Notes: generated by a model not told the origin, from the letters alone. Shown: positions 40,124 to 50,571, numbered from the stretch's first letter. The stretch: DNA of 54,860 nt from Flavipsychrobacter stenotrophus (GCA_945902755.1 CAMDNC010000001.1:1-54860); one strand, 5' to 3'. Numbers and translations: made by a program.

Positions 40124-41344
40124 ATGAAAAATACAACTAATGCAGGTTTCGATACATTGTGTATACGCGGTGGTCACACAGGCGAGAGCAATAGAGCACA
40201 CCTCACACCAGTATATGCAACAAGCACCTATACATTTGATGATATGCAACAGGCGATAGGTGTTTTCAAGGGCGATGAAAAAGGTTATGTATATGGTAGG
40301 TGGGGCAATCCCACTATTACTGAAGCCGAAGAGAAAATTGCATTGCTAGAAGCTTATAAATTAAAGAACAGCAGTGGAGAGCCTTTACAGCTTAAGGCTT
40401 TATTACATTCTTCTGGTATGTCGGCTATAGCTACTATGATATTGAGCAACATCAAATCTGGACAGAGGATCATCACGCATCACTCTCTGTATGGTGGCAC
40501 TCATGAGTTACTTGAAAAGGTCCTTCCGGGTTTGGGTATAGATGCTGTGATAGTAGATTTTCACGATGTGAATAAAGTGGAAGATGCACTGAAAACCGAT
40601 AACAATATCGCGCTCATGTACCTGGAAACACCAGCCAACCCCACATTGCAATGTATAGATCTGGAGGCATTGTCTACTTTGGGCAAAAGTTTTGGGCTTA
40701 CCGTATGTGTTGACAACACTTTTGCAACGCCCTACTTACAACAGCCGTTTAAGTACGATGTAGATTTTGTGATGCACTCGACTACTAAGTTTTTAAACGG
40801 TCATGGCACAGCCATAGGTGGGGTGGTAGTAGGCAGAGATATCGCAAAAATGAATGGTATAGTCACCAAAACCCACAGATTGATGGGTGGAAACAGCAAT
40901 GCATTCGATGCGTTTTTGCTTACCAATGGTTTAAGAACGTTTGGTTTGCGTATGGAGCGTCATTGCAGTAATGCTGCGGCTGTGGCTTCTTTTCTCGCAG
41001 GGCATAGTGCTGTGTCCAAAGTCAACTATTTAGGACTTTCCTCGCATCCGGACCATAAAATAGCTATGCGCCAAATGAAAAATGGTGGTGCAATGCTCAG
41101 TTTCGAACTGAAAGGTGGGTTTGATGCTGGTGTGTCTTTTATGAATAAGTTGCAGATGTGCACTAACGCCGTGTCGCTGGGCACCTGCGACACACTTGTG
41201 TCTCACCCAGCATCTACCACCCACATGGGGGTTTCGCGCGAGCAACGTTTGGTGTTTCATATCACTGATGGGCTCATAAGGATGAGTGTGGGTATGGAAA
41301 ATTTAGAAGATATAATCAATGACCTTGAGCAGGCAATTACTTGA
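40124..41344 (+). CDS. PLP-dependent trans-sulfuration enzyme (methionine gamma-lyase / cystathionine gamma-synthase family)
   Basis: YGRWGNPT, SSGMSAI, ETPANP, DNTFATP, HSTTKFLNGH (PLP Lys) and AVSLG. Confidence 0.92.
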   Translation: MKNTTNAGFDTLCIRGGHTGESNRAHLTPVYATSTYTFDDMQQAIGVFKGDEKGYVYGRWGNPTITEAEEKIALLEAYKLKNSSGEPLQLKALLHSSGMSAIATMILSNIKSGQRIITHHSLYGGTHELLEKVLPGLGIDAVIVDFHDVNKVEDALKTDNNIALMYLETPANPTLQCIDLEALSTLGKSFGLTVCVDNTFATPYLQQPFKYDVDFVMHSTTKFLNGHGTAIGGVVVGRDIAKMNGIVTKTHRLMGGNSNAFDAFLLTNGLRTFGLRMERHCSNAAAVASFLAGHSAVSKVNYLGLSSHPDHKIAMRQMKNGGAMLSFELKGGFDAGVSFMNKLQMCTNAVSLGTCDTLVSHPASTTHMGVSREQRLVFHITDGLIRMSVGMENLEDIINDLEQAIT

Positions 41345-41543
41345 ACAGCAAGATCATTAACCGGCTGGCGGCAGGAAAGTATTTTTTAAGGTAAAATTGT
41401 AAATGATAGTAAAGGCTTCTATGCTCATTTTCCTACCGTTATTACTACACTAAGCTGCAAGAAATCGCAAGATGTATAAAATTGCTTTCAAAAACCAATA
41501 AGAAAATTCTCTTTTCTTCATAGTTGTATATTTTAACCAAATC

Positions 41544-42539
41544 ATGAAAATAGACATACATACTCACATTATGCCAGAGCATATACCCAATTGGTTTCAG
41601 AAGTTTGGGTATGGCGAATTTATAAGATTAGAGCACCACAAGCCCTGCTGCGCGCGCATGATAAAAGGCGACAAAGTATTCAGGGAAATAGAACACAATT
41701 GCTGGGACCCGCATGTGCGCACTAAGGAAATGGACATGACCAGCGTAGATATGCAGGTATTGTCTACTATACCAGTTTTATTCAACTATTTTGCCAAACC
41801 TGAGCATGCGCTAGAAACTTCTCGTTTTTTCAACGACCACATAGCCCAGTGTGTAGATCATCATCCTACTCGTTTTATTGGTATTGGCACTGTACCCATG
41901 CAAGACATGGATACCGCCATTCGCGAAATGGAGCGATGTGTAACCGAACTAAAAATGCCGGGTTTGGAAATAGGCTCTAATATCAATAACAAAAACCTCA
42001 GCGATCCTTCTTTTGCCCCGTTTTGGGAGGCTGCTCAAGAGCTAGGGTGCAGCATATTTGTACACCCATGGGAAATGATGGGTGAAAACGACATGCAAAA
42101 ATACTGGTTGCCATGGCTGGTAGGAATGCCTGCCGAAACCAGCCGCGCTATCTGCTCTATGATTTTTGGTGGTGTGTTTGAGCAGTTTCCTCGTCTTAAG
42201 GTTGCTTTTGCGCATGGCGGTGGTAGTTTCCCACTTACCATTGGCAGAATAGAACATGGATACAATGTGCGCCCAGACCTATGTGCAGTTGACAATACAG
42301 TAAATCCACGAAATTACATTGGTAAGTTTTGGATAGATGCGCTAGTGCACGACCCCAAGGCACTTGACTTTGTATTGGACATTATGGGCCATGACAAAGT
42401 GTGCATGGGTAGCGATTATCCATTCCCGTTGGGTGAGCATCATCCAGGGCATCTCATAGAGTCGATGAACTATACCGATGAATTAAAATCAAAACTATTG
42501 TATAAGAATGCAACAGACTGGCTAGGTATAAATATATAG
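41544..42539 (+). CDS. nbaD: 2-amino-3-carboxymuconate-6-semialdehyde decarboxylase (ACMSD, amidohydrolase)
   Basis: KIDIHTH, FVHPW, KYWLPWLVGMPAET, AHGGG and GSDYPFPLGE, all ACMSD motifs. Confidence 0.92.
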   Translation: MKIDIHTHIMPEHIPNWFQKFGYGEFIRLEHHKPCCARMIKGDKVFREIEHNCWDPHVRTKEMDMTSVDMQVLSTIPVLFNYFAKPEHALETSRFFNDHIAQCVDHHPTRFIGIGTVPMQDMDTAIREMERCVTELKMPGLEIGSNINNKNLSDPSFAPFWEAAQELGCSIFVHPWEMMGENDMQKYWLPWLVGMPAETSRAICSMIFGGVFEQFPRLKVAFAHGGGSFPLTIGRIEHGYNVRPDLCAVDNTVNPRNYIGKFWIDALVHDPKALDFVLDIMGHDKVCMGSDYPFPLGEHHPGHLIESMNYTDELKSKLLYKNATDWLGINI

Positions 42540-42616
42540 GATAGTTATTTTTAATGTTTTGGTGGAATTGGTAATGAAAGTGTCAAATCATTTTGATTTT
42601 TAAATTTCTTTATAAC

Positions 42617-42624
42617 TAACTTTG
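42617..42624 (+). promoter_or_regulatory. -7 box upstream of kup
   Basis: TAACTTTG. Confidence 0.55.
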
Positions 42625-42655
42625 CCGCCGCCTTCACGTTTAATACTGTTGTGGT

Positions 42656-44623
42656 TTGGGAAAAAATTTAGATAAAATATCTCTAGCGGGTATCGTCATT
42701 GCACTAGGTATCATTTACGGAGATATAGGTACTTCGCCACTTTATGTGATGAATGCCGTTTGTAACGGTAAAATAATCAATGAGTTTCTGATAGTTGGTG
42801 CGCTATCATGCATTATCTGGACGCTCACTCTACAAACCACCGTTAAGTACGTAATGCTTACGCTTCGTGCCGATAACAAAGGCGAAGGTGGTATATTTTC
42901 ATTATTTGCCTTGGTGCGTCGTCATGGCAAATGGACCGTTTTCCCTGCTATGGTGGGTGGTGCAGCTCTCCTTGCCGATGGAATGATAACACCACCTATA
43001 TCAGTAACATCCGCTATAGAGGGCTTGCGTAATATTCCAGCTCTTCATGGTATCGGTACAATGACTATTGTTTACATAGTACTTGCTATCATAGCGGGAT
43101 TGTTTTTCTTTCAGCAGTTTGGTACCTCTTCTATTGGTAAGGCTTTCGGACCTATTATGTTTGTGTGGTTTTCTATGTTGGCAGTACTTGGCTTACATCA
43201 GTTATATGTTGCAGGAGACTGGCATATTTTCAAAGCGTTCAATCCATATTATGCTGTCAAAATCCTTTTTATGTATCCTAAAGGATTCTGGATTTTGGGA
43301 GCAGTTTTCTTGTGTACCACTGGTGCCGAGGCTCTTTATTCTGATTTAGGTCATTGCGGCAGGCGAAATATTAGGGTGTCTTGGACTTTTGTCAAAACTT
43401 GCCTTATTCTCAATTATCTGGGTCAGGGAGCATATTTGCTCAATGTTCATTCTAACATTCCATGGAATTCATTGACCAAAAATCCATTTTATGAGGTAAT
43501 GCCACATTGGTTCATCATACCCGGCATTATGATAGCTACTGTAGCTGCGGTTATTGCAAGTCAGGCTATGATATCAGGGTCTTTTACGCTTATCAGCGAA
43601 GCCATAAAGTTAAATCTGTGGCCTAAAATGAAAATTAATTACCCTACAGTTGAGCGTGGACAGTTGTTTATCCCCGGCATAAATATGTTGCTCTTTGCTG
43701 GTTGTGTTATGATTACCTTGTATTTCCAGCGCTCTTCTAGTATGGAGGCTGCTTACGGATTGTCTATTACAGTAACTATGATAATGACTTCTTGCCTGTT
43801 TGCTTACTATATGTTTGTAAAGAGGGTTAGTGTATTTTTTATTGTTTCTTACCTTCTGGTTTACCTAGCTATCGAGTTTTCTTTCCTTACTGCCAATCTA
43901 GTTGAGAAATTCTCGGAAGGTGGTATCGTAACCGTTTTTATAGCTGGCGGGCTATTTATGGTTATGTTGGTTTGGTATAAATCGCGTAAGATAAAAAACA
44001 GATACGTCGAGTTTGTGCGGTTAGATAACTACATTCCCATTATCCAAGAGCTTAGCAACGACTCTTCCATACCTAAGTACGCAACGCACTTGGTTTACCT
44101 AACGAGCGCCAACAACCCAAAAGAGATTGAACATAAAATTCTTTACTCTATACTTTACCGCAAACCTAAACGTGCAGATATTTATTGGTTTGTACATGTC
44201 GACGTTTTGGACGATCCCTATACCACCGATTACGTAGTTCAAACCATTGTGCCAAATGAGATAATACGTGTCGAATTTCGTCTCGGTTTCCGTATGGAGC
44301 ATAAGATACAATACATGTTTAAGATGGTGGTGGAGGAAATGGTAAACAATAAAGAGGTAAATGTGGTAAGTCGATATGAGTCTTTGAGCAAGAATAAGGT
44401 GATGGGTGATTTCAGATTCATTGTTATGGAAAAGTTTCTTTCTCGCGACAACTCTTTGCCTCTTTGGGAGCGTTTCATGATGAGAGGTTACTTCATACTT
44501 AAAAAATTCAGTTTGTCCGAGGAACGTGGATTCGGTCTTGATCCTTCCGATGTTACGCTCGAGAAATATCCAATTATTGTTTCTGCAACGCCCGATTTCA
44601 ATCTTAAAAGAGTAGCAGAGTAA
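42656..44623 (+). CDS. kup: KUP/HAK/KT potassium transporter
   Basis: GIIYGDIGTSPLY, GEGGIFSL, TGAEALYSDLGH and IASQA. TTG start. Confidence 0.97.
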   Translation: MGKNLDKISLAGIVIALGIIYGDIGTSPLYVMNAVCNGKIINEFLIVGALSCIIWTLTLQTTVKYVMLTLRADNKGEGGIFSLFALVRRHGKWTVFPAMVGGAALLADGMITPPISVTSAIEGLRNIPALHGIGTMTIVYIVLAIIAGLFFFQQFGTSSIGKAFGPIMFVWFSMLAVLGLHQLYVAGDWHIFKAFNPYYAVKILFMYPKGFWILGAVFLCTTGAEALYSDLGHCGRRNIRVSWTFVKTCLILNYLGQGAYLLNVHSNIPWNSLTKNPFYEVMPHWFIIPGIMIATVAAVIASQAMISGSFTLISEAIKLNLWPKMKINYPTVERGQLFIPGINMLLFAGCVMITLYFQRSSSMEAAYGLSITVTMIMTSCLFAYYMFVKRVSVFFIVSYLLVYLAIEFSFLTANLVEKFSEGGIVTVFIAGGLFMVMLVWYKSRKIKNRYVEFVRLDNYIPIIQELSNDSSIPKYATHLVYLTSANNPKEIEHKILYSILYRKPKRADIYWFVHVDVLDDPYTTDYVVQTIVPNEIIRVEFRLGFRMEHKIQYMFKMVVEEMVNNKEVNVVSRYESLSKNKVMGDFRFIVMEKFLSRDNSLPLWERFMMRGYFILKKFSLSEERGFGLDPSDVTLEKYPIIVSATPDFNLKRVAE

Positions 44624-44647
44624 GCAGTTATTATCATCGGTTTTATT

Positions 44648-44680
44648 AGTGCATTGTTCTAAATTGGACAATGCACTTTT
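44648..44680 (+). terminator. kup terminator
   Basis: AGTGCATTGT-10 nt-ACAATGCACT-TTT. Confidence 0.75.
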
Positions 44681-44808
44681 ATTTTGGAATACTTCGAGGG
44701 TTTTACCAGTAATTCTAACCATCTTCTAATATGGTTTTTGATTTTTGAGAGGGTTTATTACATAATTTGCATTTTGTAATTTTTGATTGATAACCAAATC
44801 CGAGAAAA

Positions 44809-47118
44809 ATGAAAAAAAATGCGCAGTTTTTGTGGGTAATGCTTTTGATGTGTGCGTCAATTTCCAATGTTTTTGCTACAACCCCTATGGAGGCTTTCAT
44901 TCAGCGAATGAAGACTACCAACAGTTTCGTCCCCGTAAGTAATTTATGGCAAGCCGATAACAATTTTGATAAAACCGAATTGCTCAAGAATGTCGACGAT
45001 GCTCAACCATTACTCATAAATTACGGCAATATTGCGCAGTTTATGAAGCAGAACAACACTGCTATCAATCTCATAATTCCAAGCCTAAATGGTGGTACTT
45101 ATACTATCGAATTGGGCAGATATGATTTCTTTACAAACGATTTTCAAGTGCATGCCTATGGCACTAATGGAGAAGATACGCTAGTAGATTACAAGCCAGG
45201 ATTGTATTATAGAGGAGTGGTAAAAGGTTACCCAGGTTCAGTTGCCGCCTTCTCGTTTTTTAACAATGAGGTGTATGGTGTGTTCTCTATACCAGATGAA
45301 GGAAATTATGTGCTGGTACCCAATAGTATGGTAGGTAAAGATTATGACTACAATCCAAATTATTTGTTGTACAACGATGTGAACATCAAAATAAAAGAGT
45401 TAGCTCCAGGTTGTGCCACAGACCAGCTACCCGAAATGTATGGAGATAACTTTGCTGCAAAAACTACTACTTTTTTAAACCAAAAAGGATACAACAGTTG
45501 TACATACGTACGTGTTTACGAGGTAGCAGACTATGATACTTATGTAAAAAGAGGCTCAAATGTCACAAATGTTACCAATTATATGACCGCACTTTTTAAT
45601 AATCAAAGCACGGTATATCGTAACGAAGGTGTTCCAATTGTGCTTAAATACTTGCAAATCAATACTGCTACCGACATCTACATGTCTATAACCAGCGCTT
45701 CATCAATACGTTTTTTACGCAAGTTTGGTTGGCAAACAAAAAATGTAATGCATGGTTGCGATGTCGCATTGTTGGCTTCAATGAGGTTTGGAAGTATGGG
45801 CGGTGTGGCTTGGGTGCGTGCTATGTGCAACTCATATAGTTCTTTCGACTCCAGTGGCCCTTATGGATTCTCTAATATCAGTAATTCGGGAATTACCAAT
45901 TTTCCTTCATACAGTTGGAATCTTATGGTAATGTCTCACGAAATGGGGCATATCGTAGGGTCGCCACACACACACAGATGTTGCTGGAATCCTCCAGGAA
46001 CCGGCACCACGGCTATTGATCGTTGTCAGACTTTAGAAGGTTCATGCCCCAATCCTTCCCCGCTCTATCCGGTAGGTGGAGGTACAGTAATGAGCTATTG
46101 TCATTTACAAAGTGTGGGTATCAACCTTAGTAAAGGATTTGGGTCCCAGCCTGGAGATACAATACGCCGTCAAATTCGCAACAAGTTTTCCAATACTTGT
46201 GGCGCCGCGTATAATCCAGTAGTGGCAATGGCAAAGGCCAATAGAACAATATCTGCTAACCGCGAGTGTACAGATATCAAAGGTGGCGACACTACTACCT
46301 ACTATTGGTGGGACAAAAATACCGCAGCCTACGATGATGATACATTGGTATTAATAGTGAAAAAACACGGAAATAATATCGGTAATCTTGATTCCGCTGG
46401 CTTTTCTGTAGTAACTGGGTCTGGTGCTGGTTTTGGGTCAGGTACTGCCGATACTATTACATTCCCTGCTGGTACTACGGGTGCCCCTACCGCAGCTTAT
46501 GCCATGCATCGTTTCTGGAAAATTACTCCTACAGTAGCACCAGTCACTCCTGTCACGGTATTGTTCCCGTTTACTAACACTGACACTGTAGATATTGATG
46601 GAAGTGTTAGCGGAAGTATTGTAGCTACTAAAATAAGGATGTACAAAGTAAATGGCACTGTGAATCCAAATCCTGCTGCAGACAGTGTGCGTTTCGCCGC
46701 ACCTGCATCTGTTAGTATTTTCACCAATTCGGCTACAGCTTCTACCACTAATTGGGCACTCACTACATTGAGTGGTACCAGATTCGCTAGTTTTAAGACT
46801 TCTAATCTCACAGGTGGTGGCGGTGCTTTCTACCCCAATTCTTTTGCTTCAGTAGCTGATATTAACGGAGCAAATGGCATATTACGCATTTTCCCTAATC
46901 CCACAAACGATGAATGGTTTGTAAACATAGAAGGAGTAGCTACTAATGAGGCACTCACTTTCAGACTTTATGCTGCAGATGGAAGATTGGTGCATTCGCA
47001 GCAATTACAGCCGAGTGTAGTTAACAGCGTTAGTGCTGCAACTTTACCTGCAGGTATGTACTTCTATCGTATCACAGGTAGTAACAATACGTTTACCGGT
47101 AACGTGTCTAAAAACTAG
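44809..47118 (+). CDS. T9SS-secreted M12B/reprolysin-like zinc metalloprotease
   Basis: Signal peptide and prodomain, GGVAW, HEMGHIVGSPH (HExxHxxGxxH), Met-turn GTVMSY and CTD IFPNP...PAGMYFYRI. Confidence 0.9.
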   Translation: MKKNAQFLWVMLLMCASISNVFATTPMEAFIQRMKTTNSFVPVSNLWQADNNFDKTELLKNVDDAQPLLINYGNIAQFMKQNNTAINLIIPSLNGGTYTIELGRYDFFTNDFQVHAYGTNGEDTLVDYKPGLYYRGVVKGYPGSVAAFSFFNNEVYGVFSIPDEGNYVLVPNSMVGKDYDYNPNYLLYNDVNIKIKELAPGCATDQLPEMYGDNFAAKTTTFLNQKGYNSCTYVRVYEVADYDTYVKRGSNVTNVTNYMTALFNNQSTVYRNEGVPIVLKYLQINTATDIYMSITSASSIRFLRKFGWQTKNVMHGCDVALLASMRFGSMGGVAWVRAMCNSYSSFDSSGPYGFSNISNSGITNFPSYSWNLMVMSHEMGHIVGSPHTHRCCWNPPGTGTTAIDRCQTLEGSCPNPSPLYPVGGGTVMSYCHLQSVGINLSKGFGSQPGDTIRRQIRNKFSNTCGAAYNPVVAMAKANRTISANRECTDIKGGDTTTYYWWDKNTAAYDDDTLVLIVKKHGNNIGNLDSAGFSVVTGSGAGFGSGTADTITFPAGTTGAPTAAYAMHRFWKITPTVAPVTPVTVLFPFTNTDTVDIDGSVSGSIVATKIRMYKVNGTVNPNPAADSVRFAAPASVSIFTNSATASTTNWALTTLSGTRFASFKTSNLTGGGGAFYPNSFASVADINGANGILRIFPNPTNDEWFVNIEGVATNEALTFRLYAADGRLVHSQQLQPSVVNSVSAATLPAGMYFYRITGSNNTFTGNVSKN

Positions 47119-47141
47119 CTCTTGGTCAAAATAGGATATTG

Positions 47142-47172
47142 AGTGGGGATACAATCGTATCCCCACTTTTTT
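47142..47172 (+). terminator. Terminator after the M12B gene
   Basis: AGTGGGGATAC-AATC-GTATCCCCACT-TTTTT. Confidence 0.88.
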
Positions 47173-47274
47173 ATTAAACTATAGTTCATTTGTTTTAGGG
47201 TTCGTTTGTTGCTTTCATACTACCTTTGTACCACTGATTTCTGTCTAATCATTTGTAGTATATTATCTAAAATC

Positions 47275-48081
47275 ATGAAAAAGCTTTCTTTTTTATTTGT
47301 AATGTTGGGTGTTATAACGTCTGCCGTTATTTTTTATGCTTGCAAAAAAAATGCAAATGGACGCAACACCCTGAGTTTGGTAGACGATGCTACAATCACA
47401 TCATTGTCGGGTCAGCAATATTCTGAATTTATTACGGCAAATCCACCAGTAGTAGGTACACCAGAAGCTGAAATGGTAAAAAGGGTAGGGGCTAAATTGA
47501 CCGTAGCTGTACAGCAATATTTGTCAGGAATAGGAAAAGCAGATCTTGTCAAAGATTATCAATGGGAGTTTAATCTCGTAAACAATCCTGAGGTAAATGC
47601 TTGGTGCTTGCCTGGCGGTAAAATTGTGGTTTACAGTGGTATACTGGCGCTAGTAGCTAATGATACTGACCTTGCAGTAGTAATGGGTCATGAAATTGCG
47701 CATGCAGTGCTGAGGCATGGCAATGAGCGCATGAGCCAGCAGCTACTGGTGCAATATGGTGGCACAGCCCTTTCGGTTCTTTTGTCATCCAAACCACAAG
47801 AAACGCAATCGTTATTCAACAGTGCCTATGGCATTAGCAGTACACTCGGTGTATTGGCATACTCTCGCAAACACGAAAGCGAATCAGATGAGGCTGGCCT
47901 GTACTACATGGCTGTTGGCTCTTACAACCCCAATGCTGCTGTTGGCTTCTGGGAACGCATGAAGGCGGTAAGTGGTGTATCAACTACTCCTGGGTTTTTA
48001 CGCACACACCCCAACGATGACGAGCGTATCAAAGACATTAAAGCATTACTGCCAAAGGCACTAACATATTACAATCCCTAG
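47275..48081 (+). CDS. M48 family metallopeptidase lipoprotein
   Basis: Lipobox FYAC, NAWCLPGG, HEIAH, YSRKHESESD and LRTHP. ATG 47275 follows a TACCTTTG box at 47221-47228. Confidence 0.92.
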   Translation: MKKLSFLFVMLGVITSAVIFYACKKNANGRNTLSLVDDATITSLSGQQYSEFITANPPVVGTPEAEMVKRVGAKLTVAVQQYLSGIGKADLVKDYQWEFNLVNNPEVNAWCLPGGKIVVYSGILALVANDTDLAVVMGHEIAHAVLRHGNERMSQQLLVQYGGTALSVLLSSKPQETQSLFNSAYGISSTLGVLAYSRKHESESDEAGLYYMAVGSYNPNAAVGFWERMKAVSGVSTTPGFLRTHPNDDERIKDIKALLPKALTYYNP

Positions 48082-48093
48082 TATTTACCTACA

Positions 48094-49362
48094 TTAATAT
48101 CCGTACTTCTCTTTCCAGCACTGTTTCAAATATTCTCTTTGCCGTGCCTCGCTAGCGTTATCGCCTGGGTCATACAGCTTTGCTCCGCTTATAGCATCTG
48201 GCAGAAATTCTTGAGAAACAAAATTGCCTGGGTAGTCATGTGCATACTGATAGCCCTTGCCATAATCTAGTTTTTTCATCAGCCCTGTTGGTGCATTTCT
48301 TATTGATAATGGCACCGGTAGATCGCCAGTTTTGGCTACCAATGCTTGAGCATTATTTATAGCCATATAGGCTGCATTACTCTTGACCGATGATGCCAAA
48401 TAGGTAACTGCTTGCGATAGTATAATTCTGCATTCCGGATAGCCTATCATCTCTACTGCCTGAAAACAACTTGTAGCCAACAGCAATGCATTAGGATTGG
48501 CGTTGCCTACATCTTCACTAGCCAGTATAACCAATCTTCGAGCTATAAATTTAGGGTCTTCACCACCTTCTATCATCCTAGCTAGGTAATATACCGCTGC
48601 ATTTGGGTCACTACCTCTTATCGACTTTATAAACGCCGATATTATATCATAGTGTTGCTCTCCTGTTTTGTCATAAAGTGCCATTTTACGTTGCACTATG
48701 TCTTGCACCACAGCATTGGTAATAGTTCTATTATCTGCCGGCAATGACCCCGCTACAAGTTCGGTTAGGTTTAGTAGTTTCCTGGCATCACCTCCACTCA
48801 GTTGTATAAGTGCATCCCATTCTGTAATAGTTATATTTTGCTGTTGCAGCCATTTATCTTTTTGCATTGCCTGTGCTACTAGTGCTTTCAGATGATGCTC
48901 GGTAAGTGGTAGCAGTACATATACCTGACATCTGCTGAGTAGGGCGCTAATTACTTCAAATGATGGATTTTCGGTAGTGGCACCTATGAGTGTTATTATG
49001 CCTTTTTCTACTGCTCCCAGCAGACTGTCTTGTTGGGCTTTGTTAAATCGATGTATCTCGTCTATAAACAACAAAGCATGCCCAGCTTTGCGAGCTTGTT
49101 CTATCACATTTCTCACTTCTTTCACTCCACTGTCTATAGCACTCAATGTGAAAAACAGCATATTCATTGATTGGGCTATTATCTGTGCTAATGTAGTTTT
49201 TCCTACACCTGGTGGGCCCCAAAATAGCAGTGATCTTGTTGTGCCATTATGTATCATTTGCTCCAGCACTTTACCTTTGCCCACCAGATGCTCCTGCCCT
49301 ATGAAGTCTGCAAGGGTTTGTGGACGCACCCTTTCAGCCAGTGGTATGTTAATGTCAGGCAT
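48094..49362 (-). CDS. rarA: Replication-associated recombination protein A (MgsA)
   Basis: PLAERVRP, GPPGVGKT, DEIHRFNKAQQD and ISAFIKSIRGSD. Confidence 0.97.
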   Translation of the reverse strand: MPDINIPLAERVRPQTLADFIGQEHLVGKGKVLEQMIHNGTTRSLLFWGPPGVGKTTLAQIIAQSMNMLFFTLSAIDSGVKEVRNVIEQARKAGHALLFIDEIHRFNKAQQDSLLGAVEKGIITLIGATTENPSFEVISALLSRCQVYVLLPLTEHHLKALVAQAMQKDKWLQQQNITITEWDALIQLSGGDARKLLNLTELVAGSLPADNRTITNAVVQDIVQRKMALYDKTGEQHYDIISAFIKSIRGSDPNAAVYYLARMIEGGEDPKFIARRLVILASEDVGNANPNALLLATSCFQAVEMIGYPECRIILSQAVTYLASSVKSNAAYMAINNAQALVAKTGDLPVPLSIRNAPTGLMKKLDYGKGYQYAHDYPGNFVSQEFLPDAISGAKLYDPGDNASEARQREYLKQCWKEKYGY

Positions 49363-49405
49363 ATAATTGTGTTTGTTTTTTGTTTTTAATACCTAAATTA
49401 GCAAA

Positions 49406-50032
49406 ATGGTAATCAGGACAATAATACTATCCCTTTTGCTCGCAGGTCATGCAAGTTTGAATGCGCAGGAGCCTGTCAAATCTACACAAAATACACCCCT
49501 TGCCAATATTGATTACAAACAAAAAGATGCACCTATGCCTGGGTTGCTATTTTTGGCCTATTACGACTCTACTGGGGGGGTAGACAAAGTGACCCTCGAC
49601 AAAAAAGGAAAGATAAAAAAACACAAAAAGCAACCAGTAGTGCAGGAGCAAAGCAAGGGTTCATTTTATAAGGTCACCGACAACGAGTTGAACAATGGCG
49701 CTAACTTGTTTGTTATGATGTTCAACCCCACATGTCTTCACTGCGAAGATGCCACATTCAAAATAGAAGACAACATCAAGTTATTTAAAAAATCAAAAAT
49801 AGTACTGCTTACTGGCGAAAAGTCAAAAATGTACATACCCGATTTTGCAGAGCGGCATCGCATAGTTCGTTATCCGGCTATGTACATAGGGTACGATAGT
49901 TCCACCTTTATCGATGATGTTTTTTTGTACCAAACACTGCCTCAACTAAATATATACAGTGCCGATCGTAAGTTATTAAAAGTTTACTGTGGAGATGTGC
50001 CTATTGATACCCTCAAAAAATTTATTCAGTAG
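49406..50032 (+). CDS. Exported thioredoxin-fold protein (CxxC)
   Basis: Signal peptide LNA-Q, FNPTCLHC and the cis-Pro-like TLPQLNIY. Confidence 0.72.
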   Translation: MVIRTIILSLLLAGHASLNAQEPVKSTQNTPLANIDYKQKDAPMPGLLFLAYYDSTGGVDKVTLDKKGKIKKHKKQPVVQEQSKGSFYKVTDNELNNGANLFVMMFNPTCLHCEDATFKIEDNIKLFKKSKIVLLTGEKSKMYIPDFAERHRIVRYPAMYIGYDSSTFIDDVFLYQTLPQLNIYSADRKLLKVYCGDVPIDTLKKFIQ

Positions 50033-50070
50033 TAAAAGAATCACTAACAGTCTGTAGAACATAAAGTATA

Positions 50071-50110
50071 ATAGCATCACCAACTACAAACGTCAGTGAT
50101 GCTATTTTTT
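50071..50110 (+). terminator. Terminator between convergent genes
   Basis: ATAGCATCAC-15 nt-GTGATGCTAT-TTTTT. Confidence 0.7.
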
Positions 50111-50571
50111 TATGCTCCCTTTGTAGTTACGTAGTTTTTAATTTTTCTACAATAGTCAAAATATCCTGTTTGCATTCTATACCAGAAAGTGGTAAATGTC
50201 AGTATAAGTATTCCTAAGAACGTGAAAGTGATTTTTAAATCTTCACTTGTTAGGAACAATATAATGGATGCTACGAACAAAAAAACGCAAAATATCATGA
50301 TCAACTGAGGGCCACCGGCATCTAGCTGCCGTAATCTAGATTGAATGATAACTTTTGTTTTACCGCCTTCCTCTTTAAAGTCCAACATTGTCACTGGTAA
50401 AGTTTTGATTTCTGTAACCTGTTCTGCATGTGGAATAATCGTAAGACTGTAATCAGATTCAATTACCTCAAAGTCAAGATTGTGAATTTTTACGTGTTTG
50501 CCTATCAGTCGATTCTTAAATTCATCTTTGGGGATGTTAATTGAAAATTCGTGAGTTCTTGTGAAAAACAT
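50110..50571 (-). CDS. Hypothetical membrane protein (soluble N-terminal domain plus 2 C-terminal TM helices)
   Basis: 153-aa ORF with hydrophobic segments LIMIFCVFLFVASIILFL and ITFTFLGILILTFTTFWY. Confidence 0.75.
   Translation of the reverse strand: MFFTRTHEFSINIPKDEFKNRLIGKHVKIHNLDFEVIESDYSLTIIPHAEQVTEIKTLPVTMLDFKEEGGKTKVIIQSRLRQLDAGGPQLIMIFCVFLFVASIILFLTSEDLKITFTFLGILILTFTTFWYRMQTGYFDYCRKIKNYVTTKGA

Noticed and set aside
41544-42539. Amidohydrolase as isoorotate decarboxylase partnering the DIOX oxygenase in thymine salvage
   Set aside because: Its motifs fit ACMSD closely and it is about 30 kb away.
44099-44722. 207-aa minus ORF; also 38191-38793 and 53896-54438
   Set aside because: Antisense to well-supported genes (kup, porins, hscA), with no recognisable motifs.
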